A DNA stretch of 64,000 nt. It comes from Lingula anatina (Eukaryota > Animalia > Brachiopoda). Below are positions 13,873 to 26,958 of the stretch, in pieces; position 1 is the stretch's first letter, and every line of letters begins with the position of its first letter. Under the pieces are notes generated by a model. It saw only the letters and a list, made by a program, of their open reading frames with translations, made no database searches and was not told where the DNA came from. The position numbers and the translations under genes are program-made. Where the stretch lies: NCBI GenBank assembly GCA_051362555.1, contig CM120644.1:21226534-21290533 (forward strand), written 5' to 3'.

Positions 13873-16800
13873 CAAGGAGTTATAACAGAAGGAGATTACA
13901 CGCAAGCCTCTCTATTGTCCGATGTCTGTTACGGTGGGCGGAGCTAGCTACGGGGGGCCTCCTGTCTCAAGGTTTCGTCTGGGTCGCTCTCCTCCGCTCG
14001 GAGATTGATTTTATATGCGTTATTTCGCGTTAGAATTCGAAATCAGTAGTGTCAAAGCGGCGCTGTATGCTGACGATTTTTTTCACAGGTAGTTATTTGG
14101 ACGATGTGCTGGGAGGGAACGATATCATAGAAAGCGATTTTAAGGTGGTGACTGAGGATGGTCGCCATGAGTTTTTTTGAGTCGGTGATAGATGGCTTTT
14201 CTTTTGCACAACACAGTGAAAAATCACCAAGGATAAGTCAAAAGAAAACGTCCCAACTGTGGTTTGTGAAAATGACATTCAAGTGAACGTCTGTCCTCAC
14301 TGCCAAAGGACATAATATTAATACATTAACGTTTGGACCCTCCTGCCCTTGGGTCCCATAAACATATACATTGTGACAGTGCCTACGCTTTGTGTCTGGT
14401 TTTAAATTTCTTAAAGTATTTTTTCTCTCACTCGGTATAATTTTAATATTATAATGCATTTAATTGAAATTCTAATCCAAGGTTGAGGCAATGCCACGAC
14501 ACGTCAGTTTACTGAATACTCGTTACAAATTTCTTTATCTTGGAAATTTCCCTTTTATTCAGGATTATTTGACACGTACTAACACTGTTCATATTTGTCG
14601 GTAAACAAGTGCACAGTGCTATACATTAAGAATAATTTTTATTCATTCATAAATATATTTATGTACAAAATATATCAGAAATTTTAGTATTCACTGAGCT
14701 CTTTAAAGTGAAACAAATAAAGATGAGAATATTGAATTTCAAACTATTATTTACTATATTAACTTAAAATATCTTTTAAGTCAACTCTATACTCAAGCAC
14801 TCTATACTCATGAAAGTAGCATCTGTGAGTAAAACCATTTTATTATATCAATAGAACAACAAAAACAAAAATTTTACACATAAGCAGTAATACATGAAGT
14901 CATAAGAATGATTAAGTTGCAACAGTTTTACAGTTTTATGCAGTCTATGATGGCATTTTTTTCAACCGTGCAAATAGAAATAATTATATTCTTTTTTATC
15001 TGACTTGCTGATACCAGTCTGTGCCAGATACTATTCCACTTACAGGCCAGCAAGGTCTGAGAATCTAATGGGCCGAATGAAAAAAAAATCCTAGAAGATA
15101 AAGTGGTTAATTCTTACAAATAGGATGAAAAACATGGGATTTTCAAAAGGTTATTATAGATCAAGACAACACTTAGTAAGAACATTTATAAAATGTAACA
15201 GCTGAAAAAATTAACTGGTAAGTAAGCAGTAAGTGACTGCTTTAAAGAAATTTCACTGAAACAGAAATTTCACTGGCAATCAGGTAGACTGTTATACCAT
15301 GGCACTCAACAATTTATATATAGGTTTTGAATTTTTTTCCACGTAACAGTAACATAAAATTTATGTCCACTTTTGCAATGTATAGAGTCAGTTAGGTGAC
15401 TGAAAATATTTTAAAATGTCATAAAGGAGCACTATTAATTTAATGCAATCTCTGTTGGCCAGTCTTATCCAGTTTCTTCTCCAAAAAGGACAACTCAAGT
15501 GAGAATTTCTTCAGGGCCTTTTCTTCTGCCTTGCTAATGCCATGCCACTCAGAAAAGAGAGAAACCTGTAGGTTAGAAAATAGAACATAATAATAGCATT
15601 ATGAACTACTAGTATCCATGTAGACATTATAGAATTATGCAGTGAAGTTTAATGTGTCTTGTTATGACTTGACTGAAATAATGTTCACCACATAAATGAA
15701 CAATTTACAACTAAATTTATATAGAACATCAAGATTCATGATCACCAGCTAATAACCCCAAGAAATTGAAAGAAATTGTACTTATTACAAGAAATTATTT
15801 AAATCCGCCCTGGTCCCTACTCTTCTGACAGGACAAAAAGGGGATTTCAGAGAGGCTGGTTGCTAAAAGGAAAATGCCCAAGGTTGTTGTATTTTGAAAA
15901 AAAATTAAAAAGGGTACTGTTGTTAGTGAATGTTTAATGCATCTTAGGCATTATGACAAAAGTAACTTACCCCAGACACACTGACCTCCTTTTTTCATTG
16001 ACATATTTTAATTTTTTCCAGCCTGACCATAATTCATATATTCAATGCAGCCTTCTCCCATATCTATAATAGAAAAAAAACTCGAGTAGGGTTAAGATAT
16101 GCATGTCAAATTCATTATCAATTTTGAGAGAATTTCTGTTTCAACACTACAAGATGAAATATTTAATTTCAAGTAATGAATAAACCTTAATAGAGTTCTA
16201 TTCTTTTGTAACCACCAAGGCAAAGCTTCTTTCTTAAAATGAACTGAAACATCCAAGCTTGCCACCTAACATGCCAAAGTAGTGAAGTATAATTTAAGTA
16301 GAGAAGCAAGTACCCCTTAATTATAGAGGTGTCTTACACAATAAAGTGTGTCTTACACACCTCGACTCAAAGAGAGATGTGTAGTGAGATAACAGGTAAA
16401 GTAATTGGTGGAGCCTAGGTGAACTTAAAACCTTAAGACTTTAAATTAAGAAGCACCAGGATTCATGTGTGTTCTTTTTTCAAAGGTTTAATATGAATTA
16501 AAACATATATATGTAAAAAGAAGACTAAATAAGTTAAAAAGAACTATACCAAAGACACTGTGAAGTCAAACTTCCTGTTAGACCGCCATGATGGAAAATG
16601 CTGGGTGGAGGCAAAATTTTCCAGTCAAAAAAACTGAGCACTTTACTTTAACAACAAAGTTACCACTCCAAAGCCACCCACCATGGTGAGAAGAAAAATG
16701 ATGACCAACTGTCATGATAAGTCTTTTTAGATTTAGACATGAAAAAGGTAAAGGCCAAAATGGTACATTTACCCATAACACTAGAGTAAAAAATTGGTAT

Positions 16801-17749
16801 TCTGAACAAATCGGGTTATTTTTTTCAAGAAATGTTGGAGCAGTATCCATGCAATATATACCACGCCACGACCAAGATGTTCAAGAATCTAAACACACCA
16901 AATTTTTTTATAATCTTGCATTTGAAAAGTACAAAAAGCGGTAAGGCTTTTGGCCATAACAAGCGTAACACTTTTTGATCGGAACTCATGAAAATTGTCA
17001 ATTGTCGTATCCAAGCTAGACCACATGTAAAATCGCAAAAAAAAAACAATACTGCTCAAGCAAGTGTGTTGCACACATAACAATTAGTTAAATTTTATGA
17101 CTGTCATGTGACACAAGTTTCAAAAAGTAGGAGGAAAATGTCTTTTGGAGTAATTTTTTTTTCGAAATATTAACAAGATGGCGGCTTAAGCATCTGCTTG
17201 TTATTCGGCTACTGAAAGTGCACCTAAGTTTTATTCTTTGCTTTGCCACAAATTACTTAACAATTGCAACTGTATAAAGACCAAACTTTCTTCATCTGAT
17301 ACTATATTTATAGGCACTTGTTATGAGTGGGAAATATTTTTCGTGCAATATTTATTCTCCATACACCACCTCGCGAGATCAACGTGAAGCTGGACACTTA
17401 CACAGTGAGACCCTACGACATAAAAGTTGCAATTTATCTTCATATTTCGTGTAGTTATGCATTTTAAAGCACTTACCTGTTTTTTGAAAACCTTGTCCAA
17501 CGTAATATCATATAAATTCTGTATTTCTCTCATTTTTTAGAAACTTGGGACTCCGTTTCTGTTTCTGTCCTCAAAAATCAACAGACGAAGGCACAGATAC
17601 TAACAAACGAGATTTAAACGAGAGTAGCAATTAAGCGTAACAGAGATAGGCATCCATTGTTCTCTGGGTTCTATTCATTCCGACCAATGAGAGACCGTAA
17701 TACGGGCTCCGCCCCCACGCGTGTAATCTCCTTCTGTTATAACTCCTTG
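13873..17749. mobile_element. P-element-like non-autonomous transposon, ~31-bp TIR, 7-bp TSD
   Basis: caaggagttataacagaaggagattacacgc ... gcgtgtaatctccttctgttataactccttg, flanked by gttcgag (13866-72 and 17750-56). CAAGG terminus and 7-bp TSD fit the P superfamily. Removing it restores the transposase frame (AQPR-TDVAF). Confidence 0.8.
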
Positions 17750-18025
17750 GTTCGAGGTTGTGCATTAGTTTGTGGAAAAGTCATACGGTGATTAACCCAC
17801 TCACTACTTTGAACACAGTTGTCGCAACCATAATACCCAGTGTGACCTTTCACTTGTTTCACAAAGCTTCGCGCAGCTGTATCACAAACAAAATTTGATA
17901 TCCTAACAGTGAAATTTTTGTCATCATTAATTAAACCAACTTGTTCTAAGTGTCTCATTTCTTCCACAAATTTATTCAGAAACTGATTAGCATCATTGGG
18001 TTTTGACTGTCCAATCCATAATCCG
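17750..18025 (-). pseudogene. EnSpm/CACTA-type transposase, N-terminal/central part
   Basis: GLWIGQSKP...FVCDTAARSFVKQVKGHTGYYGCDNC motif, contiguous with the 13872 part once the insertion is removed. Confidence 0.85.
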
Positions 18026-18673
18026 TGTAGTGTGGAGTCAGATGATGGACTGGAAAAGACAAAAAAAAAAACAACAAAAAAATATGTCAGTGATCTGAGG
18101 CTTTTTCCTTAAGATCCAGAATATTAGAGTAATTTAGTAAGTTTTCTACATGTGTACATCATATTAACTGTGAAGAAATAAATATAAAAACTTACAAAAT
18201 AACGCGTTGTTGTAAGTCAAGGCTGAGGAGGAAAAAGGTCTACTTATAAATCAGATACAACATCAGTTCTCCAGTTAATTATCTTACCTTCATAAGCCAG
18301 TGCAAAACTACAGATGAAAAGGGAATGGCAAAACTTGAAGTAGATGACGGTGCGCAATCTTGTCAGTTCTCCAAAAGCACTTTTAATCTGCACGTCAACA
18401 TTCTGTAGCACATATTGTAAAATCTTCACAAGCACATTGCATCGTGATGTGAACAGTGAACAACTGACACAGTCGATACCATATGTGTCCTTCACTTCAG
18501 ATGTCTCATCCTGAACTCACGGATTAAGTTTGCCGAAAGAATATATAACAGAACCATCTTAGAAAAGTGTCCTGGTGGAAGATGACACTTAGTGTACAGA
18601 ACATTTGATGAAAATTCGGCTTTTCGACATCCTTTGCCTGATCCGCCATATTTATAAACATTGATTAGTATAG

Positions 18674-21600
18674 ATGGCGATGTGCAAGAGGTGAGACTTT
18701 GGATTTGTAATGGACTGCAGCCAGGATCTGCAACAGATTCACCGCCTGCTTTCTAAGAAACTCGTGGAAGGAGGGAGAGGCTTCTGGCACTGCAACAGAA
18801 ATTACCAGGGTCCAGGCATTGTGTTATATATTGTGATATATTGTGATTTGTATTTTGTTTAGCAAAAAGACTCAAGGTCGAGAGCTTCTACGAAGCGTCA
18901 ATCTGATTGGTTGAAAGTTATGGAAACAATACAGGAGCCGTCCAAAAAAAAAAAAAAAAAATTAAATTCCTTTATACAATAATTATTCTTATTTATTGTT
19001 TTGTAAACAAAGCAAAAAGAGACAATGTCTACACAGTCGCTGGTAAGTTTTATTTTTTATTCCAAACCGAAAAACCGTATCAAGTTTTAAGTAAGGTGTT
19101 GGTCATGATTTTTTTTATGATTATTTAAGATTGGAAATGAAATTCTTGAAAATTTCTTGTCACATAGACGTTTTGAGGATCATTCTTGTGATGGTGCAAA
19201 TGTTTTTTTTTTTTTACAAAAACAATCAAATGAGGATGCAGAAATCTATAATTTGTATAATGCAATTCACTTGTTTAACTAAGATTTCATTTATTTATTT
19301 TACATATTGCAGATGACAGCTGATATGGAGATTGAAATAAACAAAAAAAAAATAAATAAATAAAAAAAAACAGTATGCTCGTGAGTTTTGTGTGTGTGTG
19401 TGTGTGACTGTATGTTTTTGATAAATGGGCTGGCAATTCATTACAGTGGGCCTAAAATAACTAACTAATTTCTTTGTAATATGAAAGTAAGATATCCCAT
19501 TCTTTATTTACATTAATTAAGTGGTCAATTTGAATGTCTGTACATAATGAAAATAACAAAAAGATATATTGATAGGATTTCTTTCTATTTCACTTTTTAT
19601 TTTGAACAGCCAATGCCACTGTCAGACTAATTTTGAGAGAAAACCTGTTGAAAGCAAAAGTGGTGGGCAAGGGAACTGCCCTTGGAGGCTGGGACACCCA
19701 GCGTGGCATTAACATGCCAAGGACAACCAGCATGGGTGTCCCGTCTCTAAGGGCAGAGTTTCTCCTGCCAAAGGGCTCTAAAATGGAATGAAAATTCATT
19801 AAGCCACAAAATGTAAGTATCATCCTTTTTTTTTTTTTTTTTACAAAAGTAATGATTTAAGATAAAATGATTTTCTTTGAAATTGAAAAAGTAAATTTAA
19901 AGTCAAACATGTTTTTAAAGTATTTATTTATACCTTCATTCATTTCTTTAGTGTATTTGACTTATCAGTTATTGTATATATTTTTTAACAATTCGTTTTT
20001 CATTTTAGACATTAAGATATCATCAAATTATTTATTTATTCATTCATCATTCATTCAGCCTTACCACCCTGGGTCTGGCTGGACATGGGAGCCTGAGCCC
20101 TTTAGGAACAGGTGCCTCCAGGTGACCACCAAGGACAGCATGGAAGTGACCTGTACTTGGGGAGAACTGGGCATGGAAATAAAAGGTGCTTGATCTTATA
20201 ATGAAATATAACCTGTGAATAGAAATGATGAAATGGTCCTTTAATTCTGTCAAATACATTTTAGACTATATTTTAATCTATGTCATAATTTGTGAATGAC
20301 AAATAAATGTGACATCTTATTCCAGAGTTGAACTGCATGTACGAGCCTGAAGTCCACACCAGTGGTAAGTGAATTGCATTATATAATTGTATTGCTCTAT
20401 TCAAGGCAATAATTCAACAGATATAGCAATTAACTTGGTGCATTTTTAATCTACTAGCAAGGAATCATGAAAAAAAATATTATTGATGACAACAACACCC
20501 TGACTCTCAGGGTGCAAGTCTGGACCTTCAGGGTCTGTTCACAATGAATTTGAAGACCTAGCTAATATACACTAACTCCATGGAAACTCTCGCTGAATGC
20601 AATCAAATCAACACATTCTGTTCTTTCAGGTGATACCAAAAAAGAGAACAATGTAGCAATTGTTAAGACCCTAAGTATTGAGAAGCTAGGTAAGGCTGGA
20701 ATCTCAGTAAAATAATTATGAATTTTGATATATTTATGAAACATACATGCACACACACACATACATTAACAAACCCACAAACAGTACACACCTTCATTAC
20801 ACACTGCAATCATGTTGCCCAAGCAAAACCTGGTCTTTAGCTTAATATAATTTATTCTAAAAGCTAATTAAGTCTTTGAATGTATCTTCAACAAATTGTA
20901 ATGCTGAATCCTATTGCATAAATATGAAATGTAAAGTTTTTAATTGATATCATTTTTTCTTTAGCCAATATCAAAGACACAAAGAGTGTGTCAGATGCTG
21001 AGGACATCAAAGAAAAAGGTAAGACAGTAAGGGCAATTTAACAGGAATTCATTTGACAGACTTACAAAGTGTAAACACACAGATGAACTTTAGGGTGGAG
21101 ATTCTCACACACAAACAGTTTAAATTCACTGTCTAGTGATCTAAATCTGTGTATGTGTCTTTGACTATGTCAAATGTATTGTACCCTTGTTGTGCACAGG
21201 CGTGGAATGTTAAATTTGTGTTCCATTTTTTTCTTCAGTTGATGTCCAAGACACAACAACTGTGACATTGGACGTGAAGGAGAGAGGTAAGACAGCAGGG
21301 CCAATAGAATAAGTATCTATTATTACACTGATGATATGCGATTGTGCACACACACACACACACACACTGAAAAAAGAATACTGAACTTGTACACATGTTG
21401 CACAAGCAAAATCTGGCCTTTGACAGACTTAAGAAGATACTGTATCTTCTGAAAAATTAATGCTTTCACTGTGAAAAGATTGAACACACATAATGCTGTC
21501 TTTAAATTTCAATTCAATTCTGTTCTTTCAGGTGATACCAAAGTCAAGAACAATGTAGCAATTGTTAAGACCCTAAGTATTGAGGAGCTAGGTAAGGCTG

Positions 21601-22615
21601 GAATCTCAGTAAAATAAGTTTGAATTTTAATATACTTATGAAACATGTGTGTGCACACATACACTAAGGCTTCGTTCACATGCAATGTCTATTTTCTAAA
21701 TTCTATTTTCTATTTGCGGTATGTCTTATGATCACGGTCTGTGCCCTGAATATCCCGCGGCGTAATTACTGGCAGCGCGAGCCAGTTACTTATAGTAACT
21801 TATAGTAACTTATAGTAACTGGCTCGCGCTGCCAGTAATTACGCCGCGGGATATTCAGGGCACAGATAGTGATCATAAGACATACCGCAAATAGAAAATA
21901 GAATTTAGAAAATAGACATTGCATGTGAATGAAGCCTAACAAACCCACTTAAATGCACATTCATTACACACTGCAAGCATGCTGCTCAAGCTAACTTTGG
22001 TCTTTAGAATACTTATAAGAAGATTTTTTTTGTTTAAGCCAATTAAATCTTTGAATGTGTCTTCAACAATTTGTAATACTGAATCCTATTTGAATATGCA
22101 CAGATAAGGAATGTTAAGTTTTTATTTGATGTCATTTTTTCTTTAGCTGATATCAAAGACACAAAGAGTGTGTCAGATGCTGAGGACATCAAAGAAAAAG
22201 GTAAGACAGTAAGGGCAATTTAACAGGAATTCATTTAACACACTTAAAAAATGTAAACACACACAGATGGACTTTAGGGTGGAGACTCTCATGCACCAAC
22301 ACTGAGTTAAAATTCACTGTTCAGTTACCCAACATGCACATGTGCACACACATACACACACACACATACATGTACATGCACACTATGTTGTACAGTATGT
22401 CTGGCCTTTGACAGACTTAAGAAGATACTTTATCTTCAGAAAAATTAATGCTCTTGTTGAACATGCTTGGTATTCCTTAAAATTCAATTTTGTTCTTTCA
22501 GGTGATACCAAAGAAGAGAACAGTGTAGCAATTGTTAAGACCCTAAGTATTGAGGAGATAGGTAAGGCTGGAATCGCAGTAAAATAATTTTCACTTTAAA
22601 TATACTTATGACACA

Positions 22616-22646
<31 letters not shown>

Positions 22647-23510
22647 TTATACACACCAAAATCATGTAGCTCAAACAAAGTCTGGTCTTTTAGCATACTT
22701 AAGAAGATAATTTTTAATGTCAGTTAAATCTTTGAATGTTCTTAACAAATTGTAATGCTGAGTTCTATTTGAAAATGCACAGATATAGAATGTTAAAATT
22801 TTATTTGATATCATTTTTTCTTCAGCTGATATCAAAGACACAAAGAGTGTGTCAGATGCTGAGGGCATCAAAGAAAAAGGTAAGACAGTAAGGGCAATTT
22901 AACAGGAATTCATTTAAGACACTTAAAAAATGTTAACACACACAGATGGACTTTAGGGTGGAGACTCTTACGCACAAACACTGAGTTAAAATTCACTGTT
23001 CAGTTATCTAAATCTTTCAATGTATCTTTGACTATGTTCAATAATGTATTGAATCTTTGTTGTGCACACATGAATGGGATGTTTAATTTGTTTTCCTGTC
23101 TTTCTTCAGTCAGTATCAATGACACAACAACCCTGACAGAGGACATGAAGGAGAGAGGTCAGATAGCAGGATCGATCAATAGAATAGGGATTTATTTATT
23201 ACACTGACGGAATGTGATTGTGCATGTACACACACACTTACACTGCGTATTGATGTGTAAACACAGTATGGCCTTTATTCAAGTTTTACTTGTCCAGTTT
23301 ATTCTAAATAATTGTAAAAGATTTTCAGTACATTTGCATGCATGAAATAATGTGGTGCACTGACTACATATTGAAGGTTATATATTATTGCATATTTCTA
23401 AGTTAATATTGTGTCATATATTTCATCTCCCAAGGACAGTCGCCCATCTAGGTGGAGAAGATTTTTAAGTCTTTTCACATCTTGCTTCAGACGAAGATCA
23501 AGAACATAAA
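18674..23510 (+). pseudogene. Multi-exon CBM20 (starch/glycogen-binding) domain gene with micro-exon-encoded charged repeats; one in-frame TGA, so probable pseudogene or null allele
   Basis: GT-AG exons in consistent phase: 18674-18690, 18863-18909, 19013-19042, 19610-19812, 20059-20185, 20326-20364, then micro-exons 20630-689, 20965-21018, 21239-286, 21532-591, 22147-200, 22502-561, 22826-879, 23110-157. The protein contains VVGKGTALGGWD...LPKGSKME*KF...WTWEPEPFRNRCLQV...VTCTWG, matching the CBM20 consensus. TGA at 19789. Possible 3' UTR exon from about 24744 with AATAAA near 24818. Confidence 0.75.
21668..21936. mobile_element. Fold-back PIF/Harbinger-type MITE, TAA TSD
   Basis: Near-perfect ~120-bp inverted arms (ggcttcgttcaca...tgtgaatgaagcc) around (tatagtaact)x3, flanked by TAA. 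The paralogous intron near 20765 lacks it. Confidence 0.9.
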
Positions 23511-23736
23511 TGGTTATTATTATTATTATTGTTGTTGTTGTTATTGAATAAATCTAATCACTCCTGATATTTAGAAATTTGACAGCATTTAAAAAAAGAA
23601 CAGATTCAATATACAGTCACAAAGAAGTTCTTTTGTTTGTTTCCTTGTTTTGATGGCATCATAACTAAGTGAACTTTCAGTTTTTAAGAGGTACACTCTG
23701 TCAAACAGCTGGTAAAAGCTGTACAGTAATTATATG

Positions 23737-24634
23737 CAGGGGCGAAACCAGACCTTTAAAAATTGTACGCACAGATTTTTAAAATTCCCAGCAAATATGT
23801 AGACTAACGCAAGAGATGAAGGACAGCGTAATTACAGCATATGTACCACACATCGCAGCTTAATTTCCATTAATAATAAAATCATCATTTAGTCAGAAAT
23901 ATTCTCGCAATTAAAAAAGTTTCAATATTCTTATTACCCAGAACGGTATATTTATTTAAAAGGAGGCTAGCTTCGCATATGTGGAACCCCCTTCGAATAA
24001 TCCTGGATCCACCTCTGAGTTGAACTAACATACGGTTTCATTCACTTTACATGTGGATGCATGGCTCCCAAAAACAACCGACACGACACGACAGAGCTCT
24101 GATACATCTAAGTTTAATTATTTGTTTGTAAAAATTGCTGGGTCAAGTCCGTGTCAAAATTCTTTGAAGCTTTGCAGGAAAAATTCTTCCTTTGTTTCTC
24201 TAGCTCCTTCTTAAACCTGGTGTCCAGATTTTATCTAGTGCCCCCAGGGGTGCGGGAGCTGCTCTTTGAGAATAACACTCAGGCAGATTTTTACCCGAGA
24301 TAAATATCGTCAGCTAGAATGCGTTCGATATTCTCAAGAAAGAGGGTACAGAAGAGTTGAGGGCCACTGAACCCTCCAATTAGAGGTAAAGGAAGTTTAA
24401 GATAGGACTTAGGACTTGTTAAGGTTACAGGCAGGGGGGGGGGGGGGGGGCTGTCAGAACAATTGTGCCTATACAATTGAAACAGAGGATTTGTACATAC
24501 ACGTGACTTTAATAAGCAGAGGATTTTCTTTTATATTCCATGAAAAATACACTAAATTTATATAAAATAATATCATGGCTGGCCAAAAAATTGTACGCAC
24601 AGTGCATCCGTGCGTATGCCTAGTTACGCCCATG
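23737..24634. mobile_element. hAT-like (hAT5-type) non-autonomous element, 5-bp TSD
   Basis: caggggcgaaaccag ... ctagttacgcccatg flanked by ATATG on both sides. Subterminal aaaattgtacgcacag occurs near both ends. Confidence 0.7.
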
Positions 24635-25409
24635 ATATGATAGCAGCTGGGAGCTACTGATTAGAGTTACTGTAAACATCTATTTACAGCTAATACATTT
24701 TAACTGATTTATATTTCAATATTTTCATCTTCTTATTTTTCAGGGTCATCATTGCAGAACTACTAATGCCTCTGTAGCAGCCAGTTAAAAACTTCAAATG
24801 ACATTCTCTTAATTTTACAATAAAGTACAAATTTTGTGTAATCAAGTGTGTTTTTTCTTTCTTTTCTTAATTGAGACTTGGACCTAAATAGGTCCAAGAT
24901 TGAGACAATGATTCAACAACTTAAACCTCTCAAAAACAATGTCTTTTCGTGAGCAAACTGAAAAGAAATTTAATCACTTGATTGTCTCAGTTAGTGGATC
25001 AAAGTTTAAACAGACAATACAGCCCCACACATATTGATATTTAATTTTGAAAAAAAAAAGGCTGTAAACAAAAAAAAGTTTTACGTACTACACCAGTCTC
25101 TTGCGATGACTCATGAATCATCCAATGGGACTACTGTAAAGTTGTGGGGAAAAATGAAATAATCTTATTGACAAAAATTAATGTTGCTTGATATAACATA
25201 TGAGTCTTCCAATGGGGCTTTCATAAAAGTTGTGGAAAGAAGAATGAAAAAATATTAATACTAAATATCAGTGTTGTCTGATATAAAACTGTCTTGACAC
25301 CAGAATATTATGAAACTTAAAGTGATACACTCTAAATAATTTTTCTGATCCCAATTACTGCTGAGTTTTAAGTAACTTTGAGAATAAAAACATGTTTTAG
25401 TTCTACTGG

Positions 25410-26958
25410 TCAAGATTTGCATTTGATGAAATGCACCAAATTTGTCCTTGCTGTCATGCTGATAGAAAGGTGGTCTCCTAGGCTTCTCTTCTGTTAATTA
25501 ATCTGGAAAAATGTCACAGTATTTCTTCAGAAGATATCCATCGCTTTAATTGATTAAAATGTCTTTAAATAATGACATTGTTACACTGTAAAAGAATATA
25601 TTAAATACCCAACTGCAGGAATCATTTTAGTAAGAAAACATGACCCTTTTTCATATTGTACACTTTACAGATAATGCAACTGCTAATGAATAGCTGATGA
25701 CTTGCTAATGATTAAATTAATTAATTAATTTATACCACAAGAAGCAGTTTTACCTCTGCTGTCAGCTGTGGTACCATATGGTCTAGAGTTCTCCATGACA
25801 ACAGGGCCAGATGATCGTCTGCAAACACATCAGAGCCTCAGCAACCATCCACAATTCCTGGTCCTTGGTCACTACTTCTACAAGAAATGCGCCAAAATTC
25901 TGAAGGAAAAAACAACTCGACATCAAAACTGGCAAATATACAGATAGCAAAGAGCAACCAAAATTTCAACAACATTAGTAAAAGAGTTTAAAAAGTTCTA
26001 AAAGCAATCAAAGTGTTCACCTTAACAACAGGTAAAAGAAGTAAATGTTTTTTTACTCTTCACAAGCTCTGTTGGTTTTTTGATCATCATTACACTCTTC
26101 TATGTCAACAGGCTTTCAATATCTTAAGTTGCTATTAACTGGACACAACAGTTCATTAAACACTGGTACTATTCCCTGTGAATAAACAATGGGCAAATTT
26201 TACTTATGCATACATTGTGACTGATATAGTCAGAGAAAAAAGATAACATTGATCAATCTCTACCTTTAGATGAAACAAACAGGACTAAGTTTCTAATTAA
26301 AGTGAACCAAGAATGATTTTAAATTATCAGTTATAGGGTGGACAATAGATTTATTGAACAAGGATAGTATGGGAATCATAGTGATCAAAACACACAGACA
26401 TATACAATGCCTGTAACATATACATACTTTAAACAAATAATTCTAAGGAAACAGATACAATGGCATCTAGGCAAGAAAAATAACTCAAGGGTTGTATAAT
26501 TCTTAGAAAATCTCACACTTTCATATCAACAGGTATGTCTATAAAAAAGTAAAATATCTTTTTCATTGTTCCAAATATTTTTGTTTGGTTTGGTTTTCTG
26601 ACCAGCCATCAATACTACTGTGTCTACCCTCTTTCATTATTTGATGAACATAACCACAAATGAACACTGGCAGTATTTCTTACGAGCAAAGCAAAATTAC
26701 ATAAAACTCAAATGGCTAGGTCATATAATATCAATTAGTGTAATGAGTGTACATGTAGTAACCTCAACTTTTGGACATACTGAGTAGCAAGTTTAATGAC
26801 TAATCACTAAGAAAACTAAATAACACGATGTGGTACATGTACATATCTGGGGTACCTTGTAGGTGTTTTTCCATCTCTGTCTTAATGGTGTCAGTGGCTC
26901 ACTGATATTACAGCTACTTTCAACAAAATGTTTTTCCAAAGCCTATTGGAAAACTCAC
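25410..26958 (-). pseudogene. HEATR3: HEATR3 (Syo1-like) 3' exon remnants, copy 1
   Basis: Exon 25899-25754 reads [31 protein letters not shown] (with deletions). Last exon 25502-25410 reads IN*QKRSLGDHLSISMTARTNLVHFIKCKS*. Both resemble the HEATR3 C-terminus (EALDALFDVFAD...NL.RFI). A possible upstream exon 26958-26856 is less certain. Stops and indels are present. Confidence 0.7.

Noticed and set aside
18190-18650. Divergent minus-strand gene starting MADQAKDVEKPNF
   Set aside because: Short, stop-interrupted frames and no recognisable domain, so it cannot be supported.
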